In this document: in pieces, positions 41,167-51,680 of the stretch
Layout: each line of letters opens with the position of its first letter
How positions within the stretch are numbered: position 1 is the stretch's first letter
Assembly (NCBI GenBank): GCA_963779415.1
Contig: CAVZYA010000001.1
Location: forward strand, 1,408,001 to 1,472,000
DNA: 64,000 bases
Reading direction: 5' to 3'
Origin: an uncultured Acidobacteriota bacterium
GTDB taxonomy: Bacteria; Acidobacteriota; Thermoanaerobaculia; UBA5066
Position numbers and translations under genes: made by a program
The notes under the pieces: generated by a model
The model's database searches: none
Told to the model about the DNA's origin: nothing
What the model saw: the letters and a program-made list of their open reading frames with translations, nothing else

Positions 41167-43545
41167 TCACCCCTTCGGGAAGTTCATCCGGCTCCGGAAC
41201 TCCTGCCACCGCGGGTCGGTCCGCCAGGGAAAGTCCGCATCCATCAGCTGCATGTTCCAGGGGAGGAATATGTGGTGATACTCGAACGCAGCCGCGAGGT
41301 CGCGGAACGTTTCTTCCCTGTCTCCGAGAATCATGTGGATCTGGAAAAGCCAGAAGGCGTATCTGGGGTAGTCCTCGCGCTCCATCTCGGCCACGAGCTT
41401 CAGCGCCTCGTCCCTCCGTCCGGCCACGGCGTACGACCCGGCGAGGTTGAACTTCCAGTCGGGGCTCACGGCCATCAGCCTCTTCCCGGTCTCGATGGCC
41501 TCGTCGAACATCTTCTTCCCTTCGTAGGCGCCCTCGAGGACGTTGAGCGCGCTCACGGAGGTCGGCTCGAGCTCGAGCGCCTTGCGGGCCCACACGATGG
41601 CCTCGTCGAGCTGCCCGAAATTCAGGTAGAGCCAGCCGACGTTCGCGGTGTATTCGGCCGTGAGGGGATCCAGCTCCACCGCCTTCTTCAGTTCGGTCAT
41701 GGCCTCTTCGTTCCGGCCGAAGAGGTGGTGGACCCAGCCGTAGTGAAAGTGAGCCTCGACAAAGTTCGGATTCAGCTCCAGGGCGCGCTTGAACTCCCGG
41801 TCCCCGCCGGCCCAGTCCCAGTCGAAATACGTCTTGACGGCCGCGAGAGCCAAGTGGGCATGGGCCGACCTTTCGTCCAATTCGAGGGCCTTGAGGGCGG
41901 CCGCCCGCGCGCGCGGGAAGCCTTCCTTCGGAGGGACGAATCCGGTCACGGCTGCGCCGTGGTAGACGATCGGGTAAGCGAGCGCGAGGCCGGCGTACGG
42001 AAGCGGATCGGTCGGGTCGAGGTAGGCCGCCCTCTGGAGGATCGCCATCCCCTTTTCGAACCCTTCGGGCGTCTTCTTCCAGAGCTGGGCCATCCCCTTC
42101 AGGTATGCGTCGTAGCTCTCGGGGTTGACTGTCCGCGCCCGGGAGAGGCGGGTCTTCTCCTCGGGCGTCAGGTGCAGCTTCACCTCGCGCGTGATGGCGG
42201 TGACGATCTCGTTCTCGAGCGAGAGGATGTCCTTGAGAGGGCGCTCGTAGCTCGAGGCCCAGACCTGCGCCTCGGTCTTCGGATTGATGAGCTGGGCGGT
42301 GACCCTCACCCGGTCCCCCGACCGGAGTACCGCTCCGGTGATCAGCCCGGCCACCTTCAGCTCCTCTGCGACGGTCCGCAAGGCCGCGGTCGTCCCCTTG
42401 AAGCGGAGGACGGAGCCCCGCGCCACCACCCGTTTCAGCCCCGTGAGCCGGGAGAGATCGGTGATCAACGCGTCGTGAATTCCGTCCGCCAGGTACCCCT
42501 GCTCAGCGTCCCCCGAGAGGTTCTCCAGCGGCAGGACGGCCAGCGAGTCGATGCCGGACATCGCCCCGCCGCCGAAGAGCCGGTTCTTGAGGCCGAAGGC
42601 GTTCAGCCCCACGAGCAAGGCGACGGCCGCCACCAGCGCCGCCGCAAAGAGAAGCCACGGACGGCGCAGCAGCGATTGCCCGAGCGTGGGCCACGGCGAG
42701 ATCGCCCGTCCCGATTGCACCGTCTCCAGCGCCGCCCGGACCTCACTCCCCCTCTGGTAGCGCGCGCCGGGCTCCTTGGCGAGGCACCGCTCGATCACGC
42801 CCTTGAGCTCGCCCGGCACCGAAGCCGGCAGCGGCCGGGGCGGCTGGCCGAGAATCTCCGAACTCAGCTCGAAGCCCGTGTTGCCCTGAAAGGGCCGCTT
42901 CCCGGCGGCCATCTCGTAGAGAACGACTCCGAGCGCCCAGACGTCGCTTCTCTCGTCGGCCGGAAGGCCCCGGAACTGCTCGGGTGCCATGTACGCCGGC
43001 GTCCCGGCGATCGTCCCCGCCTCGGTCAGGGTGGCACGAGAGAGCGTGGTGGCGTCCTCGGCCTGCTTCAGGCTGACCTTCTTCGCCAGCCCGAAGTCGA
43101 GCACCTTGATCCGCCCCTCCGGAGTCACGATCACGTTGGCGCTCTTGAAGTCCCGGTGGACCACCCCGTGCTCGTGAGCGTGCGCCAGCGCGTCGGCCAG
43201 CTGCTGGCCGAATCGAAGGACCTCCTCGGCCGACATGGCGTGGCCCGAGAGCCGCTCGGCCAGCGTCTCCCCGCTCACGAGCTCCATGGCGACGAAGATC
43301 TGCCCGCCTGCCTCGCCCACCTCGTGGATCGTGCAGACGTTCGGATGGTTCAGCTTGGAGGCGAGCCGCGCCTCGCGCAGCAGCCGCGCCCTCGCCGTCT
43401 CGTCGGCCATGGCATCGGCCGGGAGAACCTTGAGAGCCACGTCCCGCTCGAGCCGCGTGTCTCGCGCCCGCCAGACCTCACCCATCCCCCCGGCCCCGAT
43501 CCGGGCCACGATCTCGTAAGGACCAAGACGATCGCCCGGCTCCAT
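41167..43545 (-). CDS. Ser/Thr kinase - TM - TolB-like - TPR protein
   Basis: GAGGMG, HRDFKSAN, DFG, YMAPE, TM, LAVLPLENL, TPRs. Confidence 0.93.
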   Translation of the reverse strand: MEPGDRLGPYEIVARIGAGGMGEVWRARDTRLERDVALKVLPADAMADETARARLLREARLASKLNHPNVCTIHEVGEAGGQIFVAMELVSGETLAERLSGHAMSAEEVLRFGQQLADALAHAHEHGVVHRDFKSANVIVTPEGRIKVLDFGLAKKVSLKQAEDATTLSRATLTEAGTIAGTPAYMAPEQFRGLPADERSDVWALGVVLYEMAAGKRPFQGNTGFELSSEILGQPPRPLPASVPGELKGVIERCLAKEPGARYQRGSEVRAALETVQSGRAISPWPTLGQSLLRRPWLLFAAALVAAVALLVGLNAFGLKNRLFGGGAMSGIDSLAVLPLENLSGDAEQGYLADGIHDALITDLSRLTGLKRVVARGSVLRFKGTTAALRTVAEELKVAGLITGAVLRSGDRVRVTAQLINPKTEAQVWASSYERPLKDILSLENEIVTAITREVKLHLTPEEKTRLSRARTVNPESYDAYLKGMAQLWKKTPEGFEKGMAILQRAAYLDPTDPLPYAGLALAYPIVYHGAAVTGFVPPKEGFPRARAAALKALELDERSAHAHLALAAVKTYFDWDWAGGDREFKRALELNPNFVEAHFHYGWVHHLFGRNEEAMTELKKAVELDPLTAEYTANVGWLYLNFGQLDEAIVWARKALELEPTSVSALNVLEGAYEGKKMFDEAIETGKRLMAVSPDWKFNLAGSYAVAGRRDEALKLVAEMEREDYPRYAFWLFQIHMILGDREETFRDLAAAFEYHHIFLPWNMQLMDADFPWRTDPRWQEFRSRMNFPKG

Positions 43546-43641
43546 TATCCTCGTCTACCTTGAAGACACTATAGCGCGCACAGGGTTGATCAACCCCCGG
43601 CTGCCGTCTGTGGGGCTTGTCGCCGCCGACCGCGCGACGGC

Positions 43642-46014
43642 TCAAACCTCGGGCAGGCCCATCTTGCGCACCAGTGCCTGGAAGCGCGGCTCGGAGCGCA
43701 GGGTCTCGAACTCTGGGTAAAGATTGAGATAGGGCATGTTCGGATCGCGCGCCTCGAAACCTTTCTCCAGCCATTCGAGGGCTTGGACCTTTTCCCCGGC
43801 GATCGCATACAGCGACGCAACGTCATTGGGAAGCACATAGGTCGTGCGACCGCGCGCTGCCAGCAAGTCCGCCGCGCGGCTCATCGCGCCCCGGTAGCCC
43901 AATTGGGCGTACCCCTGCGTCAAGGCTTCTTCCATCTCACGGTCGGCGGCATAATACGCTTTCATCTCTGCCAAAGACTCTTCGTACTTGGCCTTACGGA
44001 AGAGGGAACATGAGAGCCCCCAGTGCGCCATGGGATTCTGTGGATCCGTTCTGAGCAGATTGCGCAACTGTACGATGGCCTCATCATACCGACCTGCAGA
44101 CTCCAAGAGAAAAGCATGGTGGATGTGGACCAACTCGTTGAGCGGGTCTAATTGCAAGGCTCGCTGGATCTCTGCCATCGCTCTTTCTGGGCGTTTCATG
44201 ATCATCAGGTAATGCGAGTAAAGTGAACGGACATCCGGAAAGTTAGGATTGAGCTCGATGGCTTTCTTAAACTCTGCTTCGGCGCCAGCCCAGTCCCATT
44301 CATGAAGATAGTTAAAGGCAGCCAACGCCGAATGCCCTTCCCCGAGTGTGCTATCCAACTCGATGGCCTTCAGAGCGGCGGCCTTTGCCTTGGGACCCGC
44401 CTCACGTGGCGCCGTGTATCCCGCCTGTTGGCGGTCGAGCCACACAAAGGAAACGCCCGCGTAAGCGGGAGCGTAATTCGGGTCTTTCTTCAGCGCCATC
44501 TCGAAGTAATCGAGTGCAGCCCCGAGGTCCTGTGGAGTAATTCTGTGCGAGCACTGCATGCCCTTGAGATAGGCCTCGTAGGTTTCGGGGTTGACTGTGT
44601 GGGTGGTGACAAGGCGGGTCTGCTCCGCCGGGAGCAGCTTGAGGGCCAGCGCGTCGGCAACCTTGCGGGCCACGTCGCTCTGCAGGGCAAGGATGCCCGA
44701 CATGTCCCGCTCGAAGCTGTCCGCCCAGAGCTGGGTCTGGTCCTTGACCTTGATGAGCTCCGCCGACACTCGGACCCGACCACCCTCCTTCTGCGCGCTC
44801 CCCTCGAGCACGTACTGGATGCCCAGCTCCCGCCCGATCTCGTCGATGGCGGTCTTGGTCTTCTTGTACCGCATGACCGAGGTGCGGGCGATGACCGAAA
44901 GGCTCCCCGGGTGCAGGCGCCCGAGCTGCGCGATCATCTCCTGTGTAAGCCCGTCCGACAGGTACTCCTGCTCCGGGTCGCCCGACAGGTTGGCGAACGG
45001 CAGCACGGCCATTCGGATCGCCCGTCCACCGCCGGCCTGCCCGAACAGCCGGCTCCGCACGCCGCCCACGTCGAGGCTTGCCAGGATGCCAAGCGTGGCG
45101 ACCGCGCAGGCCAGCGCCGCCTGCACGCGGTGGCGCACCACCCACGCGTGCAGCGCCGGCCAGGGCGGCAGCGTCTCGCCAGAGGCCACCGCTTCGAGCG
45201 CCGCCCGTACCTCGCTCCCCCTCTGGTAGCGCCGAGCCGGCTCCTTCGCCAGGCAGCGCTCGATGACGCTTTGAAGTGCGGCCGGCACCCCCGGCGGCAG
45301 CGGCGGCGGCGGCTGGCTGAAGATGGCCGAGCTGAGCTCGAAGCCGGTGTTGCCCTGAAAGGGCCGCCTCCCCGCGGCCATCTCGTAGAGCACCACCCCA
45401 AGAGCCCAGACGTCGCTCCGCGCGTCTGCCGCGATGCCTCTCAGCTGCTCCGGCGCCATATAGGCCGGCGTCCCGACTACCGTTCCGACTTCCGTCAGTG
45501 GCGCCCGTGAGAGCGTCGTGGCTTCGTCCAGCTCCTTTTCGCTCAGCCTCTTCGCCAGCCCGAAGTCGAGCACCTTGGCCCGCCCCTCCGGCGTCAGGAT
45601 CACGTTGGCGCTCTTGAAGTCCCTGTGGACGACGCCGTGCTCGTGGGCGTGCGCGAGCGCGTCGGCTAGTTGATGCCCTACCCGCAGGACCTCCTCGGCC
45701 GAAAGCGCCCCTCCCGCAAGACGCGCCCCGAGCGTCTCCCCCTCCACCAGCTCCTGGACCAGAAGGTATCGGCCCGAGATCTCTTCGAAGGAATGGATGA
45801 CGGCGATGTTCGGGTGATTGACCGCCGCGAGGAGTTTCGCCTCACGCGTGAAGCGCTCCCGCCGTTCCTTGTCCTCGAAGAACTCCTCCGGCAGGACCTT
45901 GATCGCGACCTCGCGATCGAGCCGCGTGTCGCGAGCCCGCCAGACCTCGCCCATCCCCCCGGCCCCGATCCGGGTACCGATCTCGTAGGGACCTAGGCGC
46001 GCGCCCGGCTCTAT
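43642..46014 (-). CDS. Ser/Thr kinase - TM - TolB-like - TPR protein (start uncertain)
   Basis: Same motifs; ATA at 46014 aligns with paralog ATG. Confidence 0.88.
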   Translation of the reverse strand: MEPGARLGPYEIGTRIGAGGMGEVWRARDTRLDREVAIKVLPEEFFEDKERRERFTREAKLLAAVNHPNIAVIHSFEEISGRYLLVQELVEGETLGARLAGGALSAEEVLRVGHQLADALAHAHEHGVVHRDFKSANVILTPEGRAKVLDFGLAKRLSEKELDEATTLSRAPLTEVGTVVGTPAYMAPEQLRGIAADARSDVWALGVVLYEMAAGRRPFQGNTGFELSSAIFSQPPPPLPPGVPAALQSVIERCLAKEPARRYQRGSEVRAALEAVASGETLPPWPALHAWVVRHRVQAALACAVATLGILASLDVGGVRSRLFGQAGGGRAIRMAVLPFANLSGDPEQEYLSDGLTQEMIAQLGRLHPGSLSVIARTSVMRYKKTKTAIDEIGRELGIQYVLEGSAQKEGGRVRVSAELIKVKDQTQLWADSFERDMSGILALQSDVARKVADALALKLLPAEQTRLVTTHTVNPETYEAYLKGMQCSHRITPQDLGAALDYFEMALKKDPNYAPAYAGVSFVWLDRQQAGYTAPREAGPKAKAAALKAIELDSTLGEGHSALAAFNYLHEWDWAGAEAEFKKAIELNPNFPDVRSLYSHYLMIMKRPERAMAEIQRALQLDPLNELVHIHHAFLLESAGRYDEAIVQLRNLLRTDPQNPMAHWGLSCSLFRKAKYEESLAEMKAYYAADREMEEALTQGYAQLGYRGAMSRAADLLAARGRTTYVLPNDVASLYAIAGEKVQALEWLEKGFEARDPNMPYLNLYPEFETLRSEPRFQALVRKMGLPEV

Positions 46015-46072
46015 CGGGATGATCCTTCTGACGAAGAATTCTAGTCCCGCACCCCGACGCGAGAGCCCCCGG

Positions 46073-47149
46073 TCAGAGGCGTGCCTCGAAGATCCGGTTG
46101 AAGGGGGTCTCCGTCGCCCGGCGGAACCGCCTGAAGCCGGCCTCCTTTGCGAGGGCGTGGAACTGTGCTTCCGTGGCAATCGTGCCGAGAACCGTATTTC
46201 CAGAGGCGACAGCGTTCGGCGTGCAGCAGAGGGCCGAGGCGCCGGAAAAGACGCGGCCGACCGGATTGAAGTTGTCAGCCTCGTTCTCTCCCGCCATCGG
46301 CTCGACGATCAGGAGGCTTCCGTCCTTCGCCAGCTTCTCGGCCGCCCTCCGGAGGGCGCCCGCAGGGTCGCCCAGGTCATGGAGGCAGTCGAAGAACGCA
46401 ATCAGGTCGTAGGGGCCGCCGGCATATGTCGTGGCGGCCGCCACCTCGAAGCTCACCCGGTCGGCGACCTGCGCCGTGATGGCGGCCTGCCGGGCCCGGA
46501 CGATAGAAGGGGCGTGGTTGTCGAAGCCCCAGAAGAGCGACTTGGGATAGGCCTCGGCCATGAGGACCGTCGAAGCCCCGTGTCCGCAGCCGACGTCGGC
46601 CACCCGCGCGCCCCTCTCGAGCTTCTCCTTCACCCCCGAGAGCGCCGGGATCCAGGCCGAGACGAGGTTCGCCGCGTAGCCCGGACGGAAGAAGCGTTCG
46701 GTCCCCTCGAACAGGTTGTGGTCGTGCTCGCCCCAGAGCATCCCCTCGCCGGTGCGGAAAGCCCGCTGGATCCGCTCCTCGGCCTTGATCATCGCCGTCA
46801 CGACCTGGTAGCCGCCGAGGACGAAATGGGGGCTCGTATCGTCGGCGAGCGCCATCGCGTGCTCCGGAGGGAGCGTGTACCGCTTCGTCTTGTCGTCGTA
46901 GGCAAGGACGCCGCTCGCCGCCTGGTTCACGAGCCACGGCCGCACGTACGTTTCGACCGTACCCGTCTGGCGGGCCAGCTCCTCGGACGTCAGCGGGCCG
47001 GCGGCCCAGAGCGCCTTGTAAAGCCCGAGCTTGTCCCCGATGACCGTCAGCGCCGCGCTCAGGGTGGATCCGAATTCGGCGACGGCCTTGTGGACGAAGG
47101 CGCTGAGCTTCTCGTCGTCGACCGGGACGACTTCCAGCGGACGGATCAT
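46073..47149 (-). CDS. SAM-dependent methyltransferase with N-terminal winged helix
   Basis: GDKLGLYKAL, VADVGCGHG, FFDCLHD. Confidence 0.92.
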   Translation of the reverse strand: MIRPLEVVPVDDEKLSAFVHKAVAEFGSTLSAALTVIGDKLGLYKALWAAGPLTSEELARQTGTVETYVRPWLVNQAASGVLAYDDKTKRYTLPPEHAMALADDTSPHFVLGGYQVVTAMIKAEERIQRAFRTGEGMLWGEHDHNLFEGTERFFRPGYAANLVSAWIPALSGVKEKLERGARVADVGCGHGASTVLMAEAYPKSLFWGFDNHAPSIVRARQAAITAQVADRVSFEVAAATTYAGGPYDLIAFFDCLHDLGDPAGALRRAAEKLAKDGSLLIVEPMAGENEADNFNPVGRVFSGASALCCTPNAVASGNTVLGTIATEAQFHALAKEAGFRRFRRATETPFNRIFEARL

Positions 47150-47276
47150 GGAATCTCCCCCCCTTTCTTTCCCTGGATGGACGAACGGGGGGAGAGCCGC
47201 GGGCGTCCTCCCCCCAAGAAAGACGCCTGTTGCGACGGAGTCTTATTCTATTCCGTTCGCCCGCCCGGGGGTCAAG

Positions 47277-48173
47277 TCAGACCTGTCCCGCCCATCCCTT
47301 CGGCGCGACGGCTGCCCAGCGCGCGCGGATCGCGTCGTACTCCGCTCCTGGGAGCGGGCCGGAAGCGAGAAGGGCGGCGTTTTCCTCGAAGCGCCCCGGA
47401 GTCTTCGTCCCGACGAGGGCCGTCGAGACGCCGGGGACCGCGAGCGTGAAGCGGAGGGCCGTCCCGAGCGATTCGGGAAGGGGCGCCTTCAGGAACGGAT
47501 AGTCCAGCTTCGAGAGGCGCTCCCAGTAGGGATGGTGGTAAGCGTCGGCGGGGCGCTTTCCCGTCCGCCACGCCGCGTTCGCCAGGGAGCGCTTCGCGAT
47601 GACGCCGAGACCGCGGGCGCGCGCCTCGGGGAGGACGAGATCGATCGCCTCCTGATCGGCCACCGAGACCGAGATCTGGAGCGTGTCGAACCGCCCGGTC
47701 CGGACGGCGGCGAGAGCGTCCGCCCCGTCGCCGCTGTAGCCGGTGAAGCGCGTCTTCCCCGCGGACCTCAGCCGCTCCATCGCGTCGATCACGTCCCCCT
47801 TCCGGAGGATCTTCTCGTCGCAGGAATGGAGCTGGAGGAGATCCACGCGGTCGGTCCGGAGGAGCCGCAGGCTCCTCTCCACGCTCGCCTCGAGGAGGCG
47901 CGGCGTCCACTCGGGAAGGCCGAGCCCCTGATCGTGCCCGCACTTCGTGAAGAGGTGGAACTCGCTCCGCCGGTGAGAGACGGCGCGGCCGATCAGCCGC
48001 TCGCTCTCGAAGTAGCACTCGGCCGTGTCGATGACGTCGAGCCCCGCATCGAGCGCCGAGCCGAGGAGCGCCTCGACCGCCTTGAGGCTCGCCCCCTCGT
48101 AGCCGATCTGCGACCCGCCGAATCCGAGGGCGGAAACCGAAAAGCCCGTCTTCCCGAGTGTCCGGTGCTCCAC
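47277..48173 (-). CDS. Aldo/keto reductase
   Basis: LGKTGFSVSALGFG, IDTAECY, SLRLLRTDRVDLLQLH. Confidence 0.92.
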   Translation of the reverse strand: MEHRTLGKTGFSVSALGFGGSQIGYEGASLKAVEALLGSALDAGLDVIDTAECYFESERLIGRAVSHRRSEFHLFTKCGHDQGLGLPEWTPRLLEASVERSLRLLRTDRVDLLQLHSCDEKILRKGDVIDAMERLRSAGKTRFTGYSGDGADALAAVRTGRFDTLQISVSVADQEAIDLVLPEARARGLGVIAKRSLANAAWRTGKRPADAYHHPYWERLSKLDYPFLKAPLPESLGTALRFTLAVPGVSTALVGTKTPGRFEENAALLASGPLPGAEYDAIRARWAAVAPKGWAGQV

Positions 48174-48236
48174 GGGGGCGAATCTACCTCGGGTCTACCC
48201 GGGTGTCCTCGAAGGACCGGTACACTTCCCCGTCTG

Positions 48237-50735
48237 ATGAGACAGCTCCTCAAGAAGACCGCCCCCCTCGCCGTCCTCGCCTTTCTTCTCGCCCTCCCGC
48301 TGCACCTCGTGGCGGGCGCGCCGGCCGAGGCGATGGACGCCGCCGGGATCCGGCTTGCCCTGAAGAAGCTGAACGTCGTCGGGGGCGTCCTCTACGTCGC
48401 GGCGCACCCGGACGACGAGAACACCGCTTTCCTCGCCTGGGGATCGAAGGGCGCTCTCGTCTCCACGGCGTACCTCGCCATCACGCGGGGCGATGGCGGG
48501 CAGAACCTGATCGGCACCGAGTCGGCCGGGCTTCTCGGCCTCCTCCGGACGCAGGAGCTTCTCGCGGCGCGGCGGATCGACGGGGCGCGGCAGTTCTTCA
48601 CGCGCGCCATCGACTTCGGCTACTCGAAGAGTCCTGACGAGACGCTCGCGATCTGGGATCGCGAAAAGGTCCTCTCCGACGTCGTCCGCGTGATTCGGAC
48701 TTTCCGCCCGGACGTCGTCGTCAACCGCTTCCCGACGACGGGCGAAGGAGGCCACGGGCACCATACCGCCTCGGCCATCCTCTCCGTCGAGGCCTTCGAG
48801 GCCGCGGGCGACCCCGGCCGCTTTCCCGATCAGATCGCCGAGGGGCTCCGGCCCTGGAAGCCGCGGCGGCTCTACTTCAACGCATTCCGCTTCCGGCCGG
48901 ATCAGCCTCGGGTCGCTCCCGAGGGGAGCGTCGCGATAGACCTCGGCGCCTACAACGCCCTCCTCGGCCTTTCCTACACGGAGATCGCCGCGCAGGCGCG
49001 GACGATGCACAAGAGCCAGGGTTTCGGCTCGGCCGAGAGGCGCGGATCCTTTCTGAACGACTTCGTCCTCCTGAAGGGAGAGAGGGCCGGAAACGATCTC
49101 TTCGACGGGATCGACCTGACCTGGAAGCGCGTCCCGGGGGGAGAGAGCGTCGCGTCGCTCCTCGCCGAGGCGGAGCGGACCTTCCGCGAGGACGACCCGG
49201 CGGCCAGCCTGCCGATTCTCCTCAAGACCTGGGAGAAGCTGAACGCTCTCCCGCCGGGTCCCGAGAAGGACGTGAAGCGCGACGAGCTTCTCGAGGTGAT
49301 CCGCTCCTGCGCCGGCATCTGGATCGAGGCCGTCGCCGCCGACCCGGCCGCGGTACCCGGCGGATCCGTGAAGGTCTCCACGATGATCCTGAATCGCTCC
49401 CGTTTCCCTATGACGCTCGCGTCGGTCGACGTGACGGGCGCGCCGCCCGGCTCCGGAGGCGAGATGAGGTTCAACGAGCCGCTTCGCACCGACGTGACGA
49501 TGGCGCTTCCGGCCGGCCAGCCCCTCACGAACCCCTACTGGCTGGTCTCGCCGCCGGGAAAGGGTCTCTACGCGGTCGGGAACGCCTCGCTCATCGGCAG
49601 GCCCGAGGCCCCGCCCCCGTTCGTCGGGCGTTTTCGCGTCCTCGCCGCCGGAGAGACTCTCGACTTTTCGACCCCGGTCGTCTTCCGCAGGACCGACCCC
49701 GTCCGGGGCGAGATCTATCTCCCCTTCGACGTCGTTCCGCCCGTGGCCGCGAACTTCGACGAAAAAGTCTACGCCTTCGCCGGCGCCGCCGTGAAGACGA
49801 TCACGATCTCTCTCCGGAGCTTCACGAAAGCCAGCGGAACGCTCCGACTCGCCGCGAACGGGGGCTGGAAGGTCTCCCCGGCCGAGGTCCCCTTCTCCTT
49901 CGCGGCGCGCGACGAGGAGAAGAGCTTCGGATTGACGGTCACGCCGCCGGCGAAACCGTCGGCCGGGACCTTCCGCGCGACCGCCGTCGTCGACGGAAAG
50001 GAGTGGTCGCGAAGCCTCGTCCGGATCGACTACCCGCACATTCCGCGGCAGACGCTCTTCCCGCCGGCCGAGGCGAAGGCGCTCCGCCTCGACCTCGTCG
50101 CTCCCTCCCGCGAGATCGGCTACATCATGGGGCCGGGCGACACGGTGCCCGAGGCTCTCCGGCAGATCGGGTACAACGTGACGCTCCTCTCGGACGAAGA
50201 TCTGGAGGCCGGCGACCTCTCCCGTTTCGGGACGATCGTCGCCGGGATCCGAGCCTTCAACACGAGGCCACGGCTCAGGACCCTCCATTCGAATCTCGTC
50301 TCGTACGTCGAAAAGGGGGGCACCTTCGTCGTCCAGTACGACACGACCGGCGAGCTGGTGACGGCCGACATCGGACCCTGGCCCTTCAAGATCTCGCATG
50401 ACCGCGTCACGGTCGAGGAGGCGCCGGTGACGTTCACGGACCCGGGCTCCCCGCTCCTGAATACCCCGAACAGGATCGGCCCCGCCGACTTCGACGGGTG
50501 GGTCCAGGAGCGCGGCCTCTACTTCGCGGGGACGTGGGACCCGAGGTACGAGACGCCCCTTTCGATGAGCGATCCGGGCGAGCCGCCGAAGCTCGGCTCG
50601 CTCCTCTTCGCGCGCTACGGCAAGGGGGCGTTCGTCTACACCGGCCTCGCCTTCTTCCGCCAGCTCCCGGCCGGCGTCCCCGGCGCCTACCGGCTCTTCG
50701 TCAACCTGATCGAGGGAGGGCGCGGGGCGAAGTAG
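48237..50735 (+). CDS. PIG-L/LmbE family deacetylase, secreted multidomain
   Basis: AAHPDDE, TRGDGGQN, GHGHH, HKSQGFG. Confidence 0.92.
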   Translation: MRQLLKKTAPLAVLAFLLALPLHLVAGAPAEAMDAAGIRLALKKLNVVGGVLYVAAHPDDENTAFLAWGSKGALVSTAYLAITRGDGGQNLIGTESAGLLGLLRTQELLAARRIDGARQFFTRAIDFGYSKSPDETLAIWDREKVLSDVVRVIRTFRPDVVVNRFPTTGEGGHGHHTASAILSVEAFEAAGDPGRFPDQIAEGLRPWKPRRLYFNAFRFRPDQPRVAPEGSVAIDLGAYNALLGLSYTEIAAQARTMHKSQGFGSAERRGSFLNDFVLLKGERAGNDLFDGIDLTWKRVPGGESVASLLAEAERTFREDDPAASLPILLKTWEKLNALPPGPEKDVKRDELLEVIRSCAGIWIEAVAADPAAVPGGSVKVSTMILNRSRFPMTLASVDVTGAPPGSGGEMRFNEPLRTDVTMALPAGQPLTNPYWLVSPPGKGLYAVGNASLIGRPEAPPPFVGRFRVLAAGETLDFSTPVVFRRTDPVRGEIYLPFDVVPPVAANFDEKVYAFAGAAVKTITISLRSFTKASGTLRLAANGGWKVSPAEVPFSFAARDEEKSFGLTVTPPAKPSAGTFRATAVVDGKEWSRSLVRIDYPHIPRQTLFPPAEAKALRLDLVAPSREIGYIMGPGDTVPEALRQIGYNVTLLSDEDLEAGDLSRFGTIVAGIRAFNTRPRLRTLHSNLVSYVEKGGTFVVQYDTTGELVTADIGPWPFKISHDRVTVEEAPVTFTDPGSPLLNTPNRIGPADFDGWVQERGLYFAGTWDPRYETPLSMSDPGEPPKLGSLLFARYGKGAFVYTGLAFFRQLPAGVPGAYRLFVNLIEGGRGAK

Positions 50736-50746
50736 GCCCTTCGCCG

Positions 50747-51595
50747 CTACTTCCACCCCGCGACGGTCGCCTTGAACTCGTCCACGACGTCGGCGGGAGG
50801 CTTGCGGGACATCGTCGCGACGGAGGCGAGGGCCTTCTCTCCCGCGCTCTTCGCGTCGGCCTTCTTCCCGAGCTCCGCCGCGATGAGGGCCTTCATCCGG
50901 AGGTTCCAGAAGTTCTCCTGCACGCGGACCGACTGATCCACCCAGCCGGCGGCGTCGGCGAGCGCATATTTGTTGTCCCAGGCCCAGACGGCGGCGTCGT
51001 ATGGGGTCCGCCAGTCGTCGGGCATCACCTTCCCGATCGCCTCCCTGATCGACGCGACGGCCTTCGCGTTCGCGTCGGTCTTCACGGTGAAGGAGACCTT
51101 CAGCTTCTCCCACCCCATCGTGACCGCGGCCGATTCCGAGGAGACGGGGGTGATGGCGTACGTCAGCCGCTCGTGCATCTCCGCGGGCTGCGGCCTGACC
51201 TTCACTCTCAGAGCGTCATCCTCGACCTTGTAGTCGAACGACCCCCAGAGCTTCGCGTTCCTGTTGAAGATGACCGTCCATTCCGTCTTCCCGGGGATCA
51301 TGTGGAGGCTGTAGATCCCGGCCGGAAGCTTCTGCCCGTCGATCTCCACGTCGGCCGAGACCTGGAACGTGGTCGACTCGTTGGCGCCCGCGCGCCAGAC
51401 CTTGTCGTACGGGACGAGGCCGCCCCAGATGACGCGCCCCTTCACGGCGGGACGGCTGTAGGTGATCGTCACCTCGGTCGTCCCGACGACCTGCATCACC
51501 GAGGCCTTGGGGCTCGGACGCGGAAGGTCGAGCTGGGCGAGGGCGGGGGTGGCGGCGAGGAGCGCCGCCGCGGCGAGAGGAATCCGGTTGCGCAT
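50747..51595 (-). CDS. DUF2911 domain protein
   Basis: Signal peptide, PRPSP, YSRPAVKGR, VWRAGANEST. Confidence 0.88.
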   Translation of the reverse strand: MRNRIPLAAAALLAATPALAQLDLPRPSPKASVMQVVGTTEVTITYSRPAVKGRVIWGGLVPYDKVWRAGANESTTFQVSADVEIDGQKLPAGIYSLHMIPGKTEWTVIFNRNAKLWGSFDYKVEDDALRVKVRPQPAEMHERLTYAITPVSSESAAVTMGWEKLKVSFTVKTDANAKAVASIREAIGKVMPDDWRTPYDAAVWAWDNKYALADAAGWVDQSVRVQENFWNLRMKALIAAELGKKADAKSAGEKALASVATMSRKPPADVVDEFKATVAGWK

Positions 51596-51680
51596 CGGTC
51601 GTCTCCTGTCGTTTCGGTCTCGGGCGGCGGGGCCGCCGAGAAGGATTCTAGTCACGTCGCTGCTAACATCCGGCAGCGCC

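Noticed and set aside
47267-47290. Further motif copy (GGGGGTCAAGTCAGACCTGTCCC)
   Set aside because: Overlaps the aldo/keto reductase stop and a possible -35 box; could be chance
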